Assembly: GCF_037042905.1 (NCBI RefSeq)
Contig: NC_087246.1
Span: forward strand, 62,001-126,000
From: Lytechinus pictus
Lineage: Eukaryota
Length of the DNA stretch: 64,000 bases
Reading direction: 5' to 3'
Under the pieces are notes generated by a model. The model saw only the letters and a program-made list of their open reading frames with translations. It was not told where the DNA came from and ran no database searches. A program made the position numbers and the translations under genes. Numbering within the stretch: position 1 is the stretch's first letter; every line of letters begins with the position of its first letter. Shown one piece after another: positions 37,315-51,142 of the stretch.

Positions 37315-38260
37315 ACACATTGTACACTTGTCATGTTTTTTGTATACTTGAATAGCTTTATGCTCTTATCTGTACATAATTCATATTTGATTCATTAAGT
37401 AATTCCAATGCATTTATTGCATTGATGCCAAATGGTGACAATGCCGTTCTTGTTCATTATTCTTGAATATTTTTTCTTCCGCCAAAATCCCATTCATTTA
37501 ATAGTCTGTGGACGCTACCCTGCACTCATTCCTCATCCAAATTTGGTAGGAATGTTCCCCAGGACCCCTAGTTGTGCACCTGACATTCAATTTTCCAACT
37601 TCACTCGCGCATGACCATCTAGGGGCCATTATGTAAATTTCAAGTCTATTTGCATACCATTCCTACAGTAATTCTATCGTATCTCCCTTATCCTGGATGC
37701 TCCAGACTTGTAACAAATTGCTGTAGATTCTCTAAGAGTTGGCTTTTCATCTGCAAAACATGACCTGCCCTTCACATTGCCATCTTCGTGCCCTAAATTC
37801 AAAACAAAAATAGACTTTGTTCAAAAACTTCATATTTATTGAAATGCAAAGTCGGAAAATCGTAAAATGGCCATAACTTCCTTGTTTTCATTCATGTTGG
37901 TCTCATATTTTCAGTTTGCTTATGGTATCATCCCTCATAATTCAACCATGTTTTACGCATCAGTGACCATTACTTTGAGAAATAGCGCCGTCTAAAGTTT
38001 TGAAAACGTTTATTTTTAATTGAGCCTCATTGCGTCATACAAGGTCAAACCCGTACCCTTTCATGGATTTAGATTCTTCAAGATATGCCCTTTCAAGACA
38101 TTAACAAAAAGATATACCTTACAACTGACAAAATATCACAAAAATGTTCCTGAAAATTTCAAAATATGAGAAAATGTCAGAACTACCAACTCGCTCGCAC
38201 TTTTTTATTATTGATGCGAAACTTTTCCAACTTAATTGGCAAACTGAAAATATGAACTTG

Positions 38261-38603
38261 GAAGCGTCGTGGTGTAGCGGTTCTGACTCTCGCCTTGTAA
38301 TCAGAGGGTCGTGTGTTCAAATCCCACCATGGCCTAGCGTCCTTTGGCAAGGCGTTAATCCACACTTTGCCACTCTCCACCCAGGTGTTAAATGGGTACC
38401 CGGTAGGATGTGAAAGCCTATATGTAGTATGCCTAGCATTGAGTCTTGGAACTCTTGTTGGAATGCTCCCCAGGGAGTGGAGAAGGTGCATACATTGTAT
38501 GCGGGCATGCAAGGATCCGCTGACCGGGGTAATAATATGTCTGTAAAGCGCTTAGAGACGTCGTTCCGATGTATCAAGCGCTATATAAATGCGGAATATT
38601 ATA
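38261..38603 (+). mobile_element. tRNA-derived SINE
   Basis: A box tggtgtagcgg, B box gttcaaatcc, central cacccaggtgttaaatgggtacccgg, tail aagcgctatataaatg. Confidence 0.88.
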
Positions 38604-39427
38604 TATATTATATCAGGATTGATGTATACCACAACCGTTCGATAACATTTTTTTGACAGAAACTGACTTAGAGCTGACGTTAGCTTAATATAATGTATTC
38701 CCACTTCTGTTCTGTTGCCTGCGCACAAATTATGGTGGAAGCAATGTCACCGCATTAAAAATTCCCTCTCCATCAATACCAAATATGACATAGGTTACAG
38801 AAAATTTTGAGATAATCCAATTTTACCATGTGGCATAATAATAATGGTATTTATTCATCGTAATCTCAAGCAAGCAGATACAAAATGATTTACAGAGTAC
38901 AATATGAAATGATTAAAATACAAAACATTATTACGATAGCAGAAATTCTGAATTGTAGTAACAATGTTTACAAAATAGATGGCCTGTAACCGTGAAATTC
39001 CAAATACGTATCATAATTAAATATTAAAAAGTATCAATGGAATGTGCACTTACAAAATAAAAATAGAGAGGGGAAAACAAAAGAATGGCCGAGAAGAGAG
39101 TCGGGAGAAAATTAATAGAAGAGAGAGTGTGGTAGTCAGGAGAGATAAAACAAGGTGGAGTCTGAAGAGATAGTAGGCACCTTTCGCAATCTTCTACAAC
39201 GCGAGATTAGAGTCGGGTAACTCAAAAGTTAACGATTAATCATAGACTCGATTTTCTACATTGATTGTACATTACAGTCAATACAATGAAACGTAGAAAA
39301 CTGTTCTACAATCATTGCTAATTAAGCTTTGTGTTACAGGCCCTATAGATCTTGCTTTTTGTGTGCAAAGCTCTTTAATACGATACCAGCATGCCATGCC
39401 ATGCATGCCAATTGCCTGCCTGAGCTC

Positions 39428-40092
39428 CCCGGGGGGGCCACTTACATTGACGAGTGGATACCATGCGCGACCAAAAAAACACGTAAAAAGGATGTCTTTT
39501 TCAAGATAGGGCACGTTACGTACGTAACGTGATAAGGGTGTCAAAAACACAAAAATATTGAAAAAAGGGTATCTATTTCGCTAGGAAAAATATACGTGTT
39601 TAGGGTCAAATGTGCGGGGATGATAAAACAAAATCAAAATGTTTTATAAAGGATGTCCTTTTTGCCCCAACACTACGTGTTTAGAGTCCGATTTGCGCGA
39701 TGTGTGGAAGGTGGGGACGTACTAAACCAAAATAATGGTGTCTAAAGGTACGACCGACGGACGCGTGACATAACAATAAAATACCTCTGTACTTGTTAAG
39801 GGGTTCATTTCAGGGAATACTTGCTAAGAGTATCGTTTTGTTTCCAATTCTTGTTAAGGGGTGCATTTTCAGAATATGGGAAACACATCGCTGTACTTGT
39901 TTAGGGGCTCAGTTCTGGGAATACTTGCCAATAGTATGTGTTTCCAATACTTGTTAAGGGTAGGGTTTCACACGCCAATACTTGTTAAGGGGTGCATTTT
40001 CAGAATATGGAAAATACGTGTTTAGGGTGCTTTTCAAGACCCCGTGGTCGCGCATGGTATCCACTCGTCAATGGAAGTGGCCCCCCCCCGGG
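39428..40092 (-). mobile_element. MITE with CCCGGGGGGG termini and 8-bp TSD (superfamily not assigned)
   Basis: TSD CTGAGCTC at 39420-39427 and 40093-40100, ~45-bp TIR. Relatives at 52699-53264, ~52084-52590, ~12833-13143 and a mini copy at ~40697-40763. Confidence 0.9.
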
Positions 40093-41396
40093 CTGAGCTC
40101 GCGGCGGGACTGTACCTGTATCATGGCTATGACTACAGCTGGCTGGAGACATGCGAAATGTAGATTATGACATGGATAAGAAAGTGGTTTTTCAAACAAA
40201 TCGAGTACATATTGAGTAAGGAAAAACTTACCGAATTAAGGCTTAGATATAGATCATTACAGTCCATCGAATCGATATTGCATTTAATGTGCATTATTAT
40301 AAGTTCATTTCATAAGTTCATAAGTTCATTTTATTTGTCTTCCAACTTTGAGTTTGAATACATGACAAACATATAAGTGTGTATGAAACAATGAGCAGAG
40401 TACATGATAAAACAGGTATATATAAAACAGAGTATGCAGAAAACATTGTTTTTAAATACATTATACAGCTTAAGACAGAAAAGAAATAATTTTAAAGGAA
40501 GACGAGGAGACCTAAGTGAAGCAATGTAATTGATCATCTCTCCAGCCGGAACCATTTTCGCATGCGTTGACATGTACACAGCATGCAATAGGCCATAAAC
40601 CGTCTGAAAAAAACACCAAATTTACGGGGTTTTCTTCGCCTCTAGCACACAATGTAATGGGCAGTATGTTTTACTTTCCGCAGAAATGGGGGATTTCCCG
40701 GGGGGTACACTTCCGTTGATGAGTGGATACCAGGCACTAATCAATGGAAGTGGGCCCCCCAGGCGGCCTCTCGAGCTCTAGGAGGAGTCAAATGTGGCTT
40801 TGGAAAGTCGTCCTCAATCGGATATATCGCTGTTGCCATAGTAGCAACCGGAATTTTGCACACGAAACGCATATTGAATGTTTCCGTCGCAGATGCAAAA
40901 CGAAAAAAAAATCTCATGTCACACAATTTGCATTGCAGGACAGAACTTTACGACCATGATGACGGGCCCAAAAAGTTTCTTCCAAAATCAACTAACGTCG
41001 TAAATAAGCGTGCGCGTCCTCAAACGAAAGGTCGGGATTGTGTCATTTTGCAACTTTTGAATTTTGACCTTGCCCCACATTTCAAGGCACTGCACCTCCA
41101 TGTGAACCATAATCATATCATATGTAGAGTATCATTTTAAAGAAGATTAAATGATCTTTTCATTGGTATCAATCACACATTAATATTCACTAAAACCGAG
41201 GAGGTATCATCGATCAAAATCAGATTTCCAAACTTTTTTGAGGGGTTTGTGAATCTAATTCCTCAAAGCTTCGTCTAGCTCTCTCTGTCTCCCTGCGTCT
41301 CTTGCTTCAATTTCATCCATGCTTCAATGCATGCACATCGTTGTGATACGATTGCAATTCTAGTTCTTTATCTGTTATGTTTCACTCATGCAGATT

Positions 41397-41880
41397 ATGG
41401 AACAAATTTTGCGTGTGAAAGGCTTGACCTCCCAAATATTTATTGGGGGGGGCGGAGCTTACGTGACCTTTCAAGCACTCCCGTAGATTATGCTTTGATT
41501 GGCAAGTCACCAAGGATACATACCGCCTTCGCTCGGGAAAGTGAGCATGTAAAAGGTCCGATGATTCTAAGTTCTAAAGACGAATTGCAATCATTACACT
41601 GAAAAGGCCCATAGAGAAATTTGACGATGCTTTAGAAATGGCAGAGTGACGTGACATTGGGCCTTTTCACACGCTCACTTGAAAACTGTGATTTGAATAT
41701 GAATTCCCGAGCAAAGGCGGTATGTGTCCTTGGTGACTTGTCAATAAAAGCACTGCATCATAATAGGATGAGTGTACAATTGCATTTTCTACGGCAGTGC
41801 TTGAATTAAGGTCACATAAGCACCGCCGCCCCCCAAGATGTATAGGAGGTCAAGCCTTTGACACGTAAAATTTGTACCGT
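41397..41880. mobile_element. Fold-back MITE with long imperfect TIRs
   Basis: aaattttgcgtgtgaaaggcttgacctcc / ggaggtcaagcctttgacacgtaaaattt, plus internal inverted caagtcaccaagga..cataccgcc. Confidence 0.75.
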
Positions 41881-44800
41881 AATTTGAGTGAAACTTAACT
41901 GGAATTCACCTCCAGAGTAGAATTTGAACTTGTGATTAGCGTTCGTGATTCTAATCATGTCCCAGTTTGGTTTCACACATGCTAAAAATTTGTCATTAGC
42001 CTTATATTTCACTGGAATCATCAGTCAAATCACAATTTTTTTTACCATGTGAAAGGGTGGATTGACAGGTTAATTCACTCTTCAATCAAGTGTTTTATAT
42101 AAAACTATGTATTATACTACATTTGGCATATAAAACATATTGACCAGTCAGTAGGCAGGTCCTCAAAAAGTTGCTTCTTTCATCCAAGTGATATTCATAA
42201 CTAGAGAGGTTTTGCATATTAAATGAGCTGGGTGCAAACCAAAACACCTCTTTTTATTCGGCCATTGCTGCTCTAAATTTATATCAAATTTCATAATTCT
42301 GGTATCATTGTAAAGAAGAAGAATCATTCTTTAATAGGTCATGTGTTTGAATTTATTTAAAAATTTTGTAATGTAGGTGAAACTTTTGATCAAAAACATG
42401 CTACAAAACAATAATTATTTTCACCTGAAAGAAGTTGTTGGTCTAAATTTTATTTTTGTTTGATCCCATACGATTTTTAGATCATGATTAAGCTGAATAT
42501 GTGCATGTATGCTTACATATGATATAGGTTTCAAAATAGGAATTAGTCTAATTGGGTCAAGATCACACTTTTCATTGACCAACTACATTTAGCAGCTTGA
42601 AAACAAGAATACTACACTCTGATAAAAGAAATTACACACACACACACACATTCAAACTTCTACCGTTTCCACACTGAGCCCCTATAAGGTCACACTTACC
42701 ATGTGGTAATCTCTTCAAATCACCCGCGCCTGTTGTTTTTTTAACCTTATCCAGCCAATCAGAACTCTAGATTTCAGAAATCTCGTCTTGTACCTTCGTG
42801 GGAAAAGTGTGATCTTGACCCGATTAAAAGGTGCCATTATCAAGAGTGACATTGTGAGAAAGTATAGAATTTAAGCTTTATGGTGATATAGATATCATGG
42901 AGGCTCAAAATAAAAGTTTTGCACAATTTGCAAAAGAAAACAGTAAGAAAATTCAGTTTTCAGGCACATTTTCAGGCCAGAAATTCACTATATTTATGTA
43001 CATGACCAATATGAAAGAATAACATTTACTCTATCTGATGGTGCAATGACAATTCATTTGACTTGAGGTTAAAGTAGGTAAATTCTTGGAGAAAGAAAAT
43101 CTCATGAATCACAAGATTTTGCAGGAAGAAGGATTCAGTCACAGAATGATTTGGATGAATCTGGCCTATTTGCTCAAGGACCTGCAGTCTGACTGTGACT
43201 GCTTTGATACTCGAGACATGTGCTCTCGAGTACCCCATAACTTGCTTTGACCCAGTGGCACAAGCACCTTGGGGTCAAAGCAAGATGTGAGGTCCCCTTG
43301 AGCCTATGGAAATAACAATGCCTCTCATAGCAGTCAATATATTATTTCACAATATGTTTAAAAAATTAAGACAAAAGAGGGCATAAAGGCCTACTGGACA
43401 AAAACAAAACCTTTTTCTTCCATTTCCTCTCATACACTTATACACTGGGATTGGATGGCAGCTGTTAAACATATTGACAACAGTTTTTTGTATAGCATCA
43501 AACTTTACCAAAATTATTTATTCATATTGATAGGTACAGAAACTTGATGATACATTATATACATCCAAATACATGTACAAATATAAACAAAAAAATACAC
43601 AATGAAGTCATATTGAACAAGGTTTTAATTATTACTAACTGTACATACAAAATATTTTTTCCCAATAACAGCTGTACACTCCTTTCCCACCCCCTTACAA
43701 CAAATGTAATCATTATGGCTTTACATCGATAAAAAATCATTATCATTTCATTATCTACAGTCTGTCACAACCAAAAAAAACTCTCACATCCAGCTGAATT
43801 AATTCCAAAATGTAGTATCAATAGTGTAGTAGGTTTCACGGTACACACAGTATCTTTCTTGGGCAAGTGTCGGTCCTGAAAAGGACCAACTACACTATTC
43901 TTCTTCGCCATAGAAACCTTCAGAAGTTAAATTTACAGAGTGAAAAAGCTCATTCCATTTTGTAACTTCTATGAAACTTCATTGGTCTAGCTTTCGCAAT
44001 TTTTAATATACATACAGTTATGTAACAGTGATGCATTTCAGCCCATTCTAAGTTTGTGGTACTTCTGCACTGTCTCTAGCATGTTGCCCCCATTTTAAAA
44101 TCCATGGTTACAGCAGGGACATTTTCCTGATCTATCTAGGCTCGTTAAATCATGAAATTGAACGAGTTCAAGGGACATCCCGCATGAGGCTTGATTGAAA
44201 GGGGAATCAGTGCACCAACCTGAGGTGTACAGTATGATAGCTGAACAATGATTGTGTAGCAGTGGTGGCACGTTCCCCTCCCCCTATCGACTGGCAAAAA
44301 AGGGGAGGAAAAAGATGGGGGAGAAAGAAAGGAATACTAGATATATTTTTTATTTGTTTGCTTCAGGTCTATGTCATGTACGTGTTCACTCCTCTCTACA
44401 ATATCCCACTTTGAGTGCTCATTTGAGTGGAAAATTGTTCCTTCATAATGGACATGCAGGCTTGTGACTAGTGTAGATTTAAGTGCTACAAATCCATACA
44501 CCCTGATCCAGGGAGGGGGGTTCAAGGTGCTAGCATTGCCTGTTAATGACATACACAATCCTGTACAAGAGGAATGGGTCTTAAATCTGTTTATAAGTCG
44601 AATATTGCTGCTTGCCCTGTGGACTTTCATTTTTTTTTTTTAGTGAGATACATGTATGCATATTAATCATGAAAATCCATATTTTATTGTTTGAAATTGT
44701 TTGAAGTACTCCAAAAATATCGGCCCGACAGCTACTCTGCAAAGCCAGATCGATGATGCTCTCTCTCTATCCAGTGTTTCCACTAAGTCCATCCACCATC

Positions 44801-44896
44801 CAAGTTTGGGTGAAAATTGACTTACGGTTGCGGAGTTATGTGTCATAAAAGAGTCTTGCACGTAAACTGTAACATTGACCTCAAGCTTTGACCTTA

Positions 44897-45418
44897 TAAT
44901 AGTCTCCATGAATGGAGCTGTATCTTGAATCTATTGCAGTTGATGTTTTGACTAATCTCCATGACTGAAGCTGTATCTTAAAACATAAGCAATCAATGTT
45001 TTGACTACTGTAGTCTCCCTGACTAAAGCTGCCTATAAACAAAGTTTTGACTAGTCTCTGACTAATTGTGCAGTCACATTCCCCTATGGTGGCCACACAG
45101 AGAGTCGAAAACAGCTGTTTTAACATTTTCTTTAAGAGCTACATATAGGTGATTTAAATATAAAGGAATAAATTAGCTTTTTTTGACTCGCTGTACGGCC
45201 GCCAAAGGGGAAATATGACTGCAACATAAAGCTGTATCTTGAATCAAAGCAATCAATGTTTTGACTAGTCTCTCTGACTAAAGATTATCTTGAATCATAA
45301 GCAATCAATGTTTTGAATAGTCTCTATGACTGGAGCTGTATCTTGAATCATAAGCAGTTGATGTTTTGACGAGTCTCTATGACTGAAGCTGTATCTTGAA
45401 ACATAAGCAATCAATGCT
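44897..45418 (-). repeat. ~53-bp tandem repeat (~7 units); the first unit is the CDS end and stop of the Cys-rich gene. Interrupted by a small MITE at ~45064-45227
   Basis: gctgtatctt recurs at 44917, 44970, 45231, ~45335 and 45388, with degenerate units between. Confidence 0.88.
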
Positions 45419-45460
45419 TTCACATTCAGGTGCCTGACAAGCACAGTCAATACCTGCACA
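45377..45460 (-). CDS. Cys-rich protein, terminal coding exon CAGIDCACQAPECESIDCLCFKIQLQS*
   Basis: Acceptor cttctcttatacag|TGT, phase 0, TAG at 45379-45377. Candidate AATAAA on the minus strand at 43522-43517. Confidence 0.85.
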   Translation of the reverse strand, partial: CAGIDCACQAPECESIDCLCFKIQLQS

Positions 45461-46628
45461 CTGTATAAGAGAAGATCAGGGTTAGGAAAAGGGACAAAAT
45501 AATAGAAGCACTTCAAACTGAATCATTTGCAACTAGTGATTAGGTAATTATTTGAAAAAAAATCAAATAATGGGAAACATTACATATATCTGTAATTTCT
45601 AACAACTTAAATCATAAATACAAGCTTCAGTTCAAGATCACTTTTAAGGCCAATCTCATGCACTAGGATGTCACTGTGACTTTGAGAGGAAATATATAAT
45701 TTTTCTTATTTGCAATAAACATTTCTTCAGTCAAAACAGGTAGGATGTTATCTAGAGATTCACCATGGGGAATCTTCATGTTAATTAATCATATAAAAAG
45801 TAGTCTTGGACACGTCATGAACATGACTTTGATGAAATTAGAGAAAGTTTTTGTTTTTTTTATCTTATACAATCATGTATATAAAATTCTATGGTCCTTT
45901 TGCGAACTTGGAAAACTAGCAGCGCTATCTGCCCTAAATTCAAGTCTAAAAACTTCAATTTTCCAACAGCATTTTAATCAACTGACCCATAGGTCCTTCC
46001 TGTTTGACTTCTGAGCAGATATTGAAACCTAAGTGCTTGGTAAGGCAATTTTAGTCAAGATTGGTATTGATTTCGGAAGGTTTTAGCATTAAAAAATGGC
46101 CAAAATATACTGCTATACTTTGGAGGCTCATGAGTCCCATGACATGTAGGCTATGGTGGATCCCTGTGGTTGGGGGACTTGGGAATAGATCCTTTTGGTT
46201 CTGGAATGCGACCGATCCACAGTCGGTTTGGATTCATCTTAGATCCATGCAATTTGGAGTATACATTATAAAATCCGGATATGTCATGTTGATTTAAGAT
46301 ATTAAGTTTAAAACTAGAACCCTTAGCTCAAGATCTGTGTGTTAACATTCCCAAAAATCTGCCACAAAATCGTAATACTTTGCCTGAATTCATAGACTAG
46401 TACATATGCAAACTCCATTGGAGAATATTATGCCAATTTGTGCATGAGTCTAAGCTAGGTCACAAGACCCCATTATACACTAGAAATTGACACAGATGCC
46501 CCCGCTTAACGTGATCAGAAATTCATTCAATATGATTGAACTTAATATCGTGCAGACACCAATATGCATAAATATATACATATATATATAATGAACAAAT
46601 TTATACCTTTGACCTAAAGACTCAGCCT

Positions 46629-49087
46629 TGTTACAACCGATAATGTCGCAGCAACGCATAATGTCGCAGATATCGACATTATGCCAAGAGCGTCCAACGC
46701 ATGTCGCAGTCAACGCATAATGTTGTAACTTGTCGCAACGCATAATGTCGCAGCAAATTTCTAACGCATTACGTCACATGTTGCAACGAATAATGTCACA
46801 GCGGTTATTCTTCAGGACTCGAATTACAGATAAGATATAAAATATGCTTTCACTAAGAATTTTGAGACACGAGAAAGAGAATTATGTGATTTGGAAATCA
46901 GGATTACTATATTTATCGGGTTATTGCCTTTCGTCTACTGCCTTTTTTCCCCACAATCGCACGGTCTAATATCATTTCATCTACCATTAGTTAGTCAACT
47001 ATCAACATAGTCCAATAACCATTTCGTCTAATTACCATCTTGTCTAATAGCCAGTTGGTCTAATAGCCATTTTGTTTATTATCATTTAATAGTCTAATTG
47101 TATTTTTTCAATTGGTCCAATATCCACTTTGTCCAAAATCATTACGTCTATTACCTTTTGGCCTAATAGACAATTGGTCTAATAACCTCTTGGTTTACTT
47201 TCATTTCGTCCATGTTCCATTTGGTCTAACTTCAGTTGGTTAACTATCACTTCGTCTACACCCATTTCGGCTAACAATCATTTGGTATCGTTGTCATGGG
47301 TCCAATCACCAATAGGTTCAATCATCGGTATTTTCTTCAGGACTCGAGTTACATAACTAAAGAATTGATGGCAGCGCACAAGCTGAAAAAATAGATTTCG
47401 GATCTAAGAATAGGACACTCTTTTAATGTTTTGTAAATCGTAAAATGGATGGGTAAGGGGGTGTCTTCCTACATTAATGTTAATAATGCGAGCAGAAGTG
47501 TTTTTATTTTCTGATCTGATAATTCAAGCACGTTATAAATATATAGAACAAGCTGCGTATCTCTAAACTTGAGGGCGCGTTTTTTTAGATTTTGACCTAG
47601 AATTAAGGCATTTTGAATACATGTTTTAATAATTTCATTTTATTTACTATTTTCTGTTTCACAATGTTGTATATAATAAACATATAATAAAAATAAAGAA
47701 TATAACAAAATATAACATCTTATGAAACATAATAAGGCCTATAGATTTGATAAACACAATTAAGAACATTAAGCTGCCTTAAATGATTTTTTTTTATCTT
47801 AGAGTAAAACGGAGGGGGTGCATGTGAAAATAAGCAAAGCTTGTATGTGAGGCCAGCCCCTAAACTTAATTTTTATTACCTAATTTCACACACATGCAAA
47901 AATATAACATTGTAATAGTAAAAACAATAATAGTAGTAATTATCGATGTACACTTTGCAAAACAATCAGAACTGAAAAAGCATAGCTAAAGCGAGAGTGA
48001 AGGGCGAGCTAAATATACTTCATATTCCAGTCCGAAAGTGGTAAATTTAAGTACTTTTTCAAGCACTACATATATGTATGAAAATTCTGAAGTGGATGTG
48101 GATGCGAGTGCAAAGCGCGAGCGAAAATTTTAGCCTTTAGAGTACATGGTGATTTTTTTACCTGATTGCTAAGAAAGCATGAATGCTTGTAAGCAAGCAA
48201 CCAAAGGACAGACGGCTTAAGGTCCTCTCCAAGGGACCTGGTAGGCGTAATGACTATTATGCCTTACCAAGGGGCACTAACGCACCAATTAGGAATCAAA
48301 TCTCGGTCACAGGAATCAGAAACCCCCGCTTTACCGACTGAGCTATCGCGCCTCTTTTGAGACATGAAAGATTTTTATTTCTATTTTATTCACTCTTCTG
48401 TCTCCTCTTTTCCCCTCCTTTCCCCTTTTCTTTCTTTCCCCTTCCTTTTTCATGCGGGGGGGGGGGGGAGCCGGGCCTTTCCCTGGATCCGCCTATGCCC
48501 TGTCTGCGGATGGTAGAGGGGTTTTTTGCGCTCGCGAGCTGAACCACAAATCAGGAGTAGTACAACAAGTCGGCAATGATACATAGAGTCACCGTAAGGG
48601 TCTAGTGCCAGTAGACCATTATGGTTATAAGATGAAATAAATATGCCTATTGGACGAAATGATTGGATGAGATGGTGATTGGACCCATGGCAACGATACC
48701 AAATGATTGTTAGCCGAAATGGGTTTAAACAAAGTGATAGTGAAACGACTGAAGTTAGACCAAATGGAACATGGACGAAATGAAAGTAGACCAAGTGGTT
48801 GTTAGACCGATTGGCTATTTAGACCAAAAGGTAATAGACGTAATGATATTGGACAAAGTGGATATTGGACCAATGGAAAGAAATACAATTAGACAAAAAG
48901 ATAATAAACAAACTGGCTATTAGACGAGATGGTAATTAGACGAAATGGTTATTGGACTATGTTGATAGTTGACTAACTAATGGTAGATGAAATGATATTA
49001 GACCGTGCTCTTGGCATAATGTCGCAATCTGCGACATTATGCGTTGGTGTGACATTATGCATTGCTGCGACATTATCGGTTGAAAAA
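46629..49087. mobile_element. Ginger-like non-autonomous element with internal inverted minisatellite arms
   Basis: Left end tgttacaaccgataatgtcgc; right end gcgacattatcggttgaaaaa (degenerate TGTAACA). Direct AGCCT at 46624-46628 and 49088-49092. 46960-47330 is inverted at ~48650-49007. Confidence 0.6.
48180..48355 (-). mobile_element. tRNA-derived SINE (same family as 9198)
   Basis: Minus-strand gaggcgcgatagctcagtcggtaaagc head. Confidence 0.7.
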
Positions 49088-50640
49088 AGCCTTTCCATAA
49101 TAATCTCTGACAGAAGATATGACAGTCGGGTCATTTGATGTGGAAAATCTCTCACTTCACCTTTGGGCTTCGATTTCAAACTTAGCCTGTTATTTGGTGT
49201 CATCTACCCAGACACCAAACATTTTTAATATCTGGTAAATATTTTCAAAGTTATCATGCCGAAACCAACTCGCATATTTAATGAGCTGTGACCTTTGACC
49301 TGCGGACTCTGAATTCGAGCTTAGCCTGTATTTTGGTGTCATCTACTTACACACCAAATTTTTTTTAATCCATTTTAAATATTTTTCGAGTTATTGCGCG
49401 GAAACCAACTCGCATATTTAATGAGCTGTGACCTTTGACCTGCGGACTCTGAATTCGAGCTTAGCCTGTATTTTGGTGTCATCTACCTACACACCCAAAA
49501 AAAATTTAATTCCATTAAATATTTTTTGAGTTATTGCGCGGAAACCAACTCGCATATTTAATGAGCTGCGACCTTTGACCTGCAGACTCCTAATTCGAAC
49601 CTAGCCTGTATTTTGGTGTCATCTCCCTACACACCAAAATTTTTTTAATCCATTAAATATTTTTCAAGTTATTGCACGGAAACCAAGTGGAAGGACGGAA
49701 AGACAGGGGCAGCGCTTAATGCCCCCTCCGGACTTCGTCTGCGGGGGCATAAAAAGGGGGACACACTCACTGTATTAACTTGCCTCATTTGATAATAAGT
49801 TATATTACTGTTGAATCCCTAATGCAATATAATGTGTAAAATCAGAGGAGCGTTTCATTTAATTTATCTGACAAATCCTGTTTTATCCGACAGTTGATAT
49901 TAAGAGGGCTTCCCAGCCAATCAAAATAAAAGAAGTTGTTAGATCATAAATGTTAATGAAATGCTCTCCAGATGCTACCTGGTCAGAGTCTGTTCTCAAT
50001 GATAATTTGCATTTATTTTGTTAACGTTACAAGATGATTCATTATTTGCTTGTAGCATTTCACCGAATTGTAGGGTCACATAACCCGATGCTTAGTAGAA
50101 TTGCGGGATGTTTTCTACAACTCTACGCTAAACATAATTACGTTCAAGTCCTACAATATGAAGTCTTATTAATAGTTACGGTTAGAAGTCTGTTGCACTT
50201 TTATTTTTTCTCTCATGAAAGAAAATGAAAAAAAAAATTATGTCCCAGTGCACCTTCAGGAATTTTGGCTCAGACCCAAATGAGCTTAGTATTTTCTTCA
50301 AATAAACACAAAACACACACAGCACATTACATTACTCTTATTGCAAATTTTTCAGCATGGAAAGAAAAGGAAAAATTACAGGGTGGCTCAAGGTGAATTT
50401 GCCCCCCCCCCCCAAAAAAAAAAAAAAAAAATGCGCAAAAAGCCCTAGAAAAACTCCATTCACAGCGATGTTGAAGCTTTTGATCCACTGTAGCAGATTT
50501 TGGCAGTAGGTTGGGGATTTTTTTACCTTGAAAAAAAATAGCGGTACATATACAAACCGCGCTCTCTGCACTTGACATTAATTACTCCTCAAGGAATGCA
50601 ATAAAAAGACTAAAATTATTTTTAAATGTTTAATATTTAC

Positions 50641-50712
50641 CTCGCAACCCTCAGAGTTGTCACAGCATTGCAAACAGGCCTGGCAAGTTAGACATTTTTC
50701 AACAGAACATTT
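50641..50712 (-). CDS. Cys-rich protein, penultimate exon KCSVEKCLTCQACLQCCDNSEGCE
   Basis: ttctttctgtccag|AAA ... GAG|gtaaat. 72 bp, phase 0/0. Confidence 0.85.
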
Positions 50713-51142
50713 CTGGACAGAAAGAAAGAAGCCCAAGGAAGCCAGATACATGGAAGACAAGAAAAAAAAAGTGCAAACCAAGAGAATTTTTTTTTTTTTT
50801 ACAAATATACTGTAAGTAAAAAGTACAGGGTCATCATATATATGATGATCTAAGAGAATGAGCGATATTCACAAAAAAAGGTTTATATACGGAGCTGCCA
50901 ACCTCTGTTGACCAAAAACATACTGATCCATCCACTCGTTAAGGGTATCAAAAACACTGATATCTTTTTTTAAAGGTGGTTTTGAAACACTGGTCAATGG
51001 TCAATCGTGGGGTCAAACGTATTTACGGTATGTTTTTTCCCAAGCTTTTCCTCAGGGCTTTTTTAATTACCTGATAAATTTTGGATGACACTATAATTTA
51101 GTGTTAACATTGTATTCCTAGGTATTTTAACCCTAACTGCAC

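Larger units (their letters stand above)
46481..49755 (-). mobile_element. HINE-like family D (~122-bp tandem units at 49140-49690) split by a large insertion
   Basis: Sub-TIR atgcccccgc occurs at both 49741-49750 (reverse) and ~46497. 5' hairpin plus a gtcc-type microsatellite. Confidence 0.75.

Noticed and set aside
38261..38335. tRNA gene
   Set aside because: A/B boxes run straight into a SINE body and tail. I found no convincing cloverleaf.
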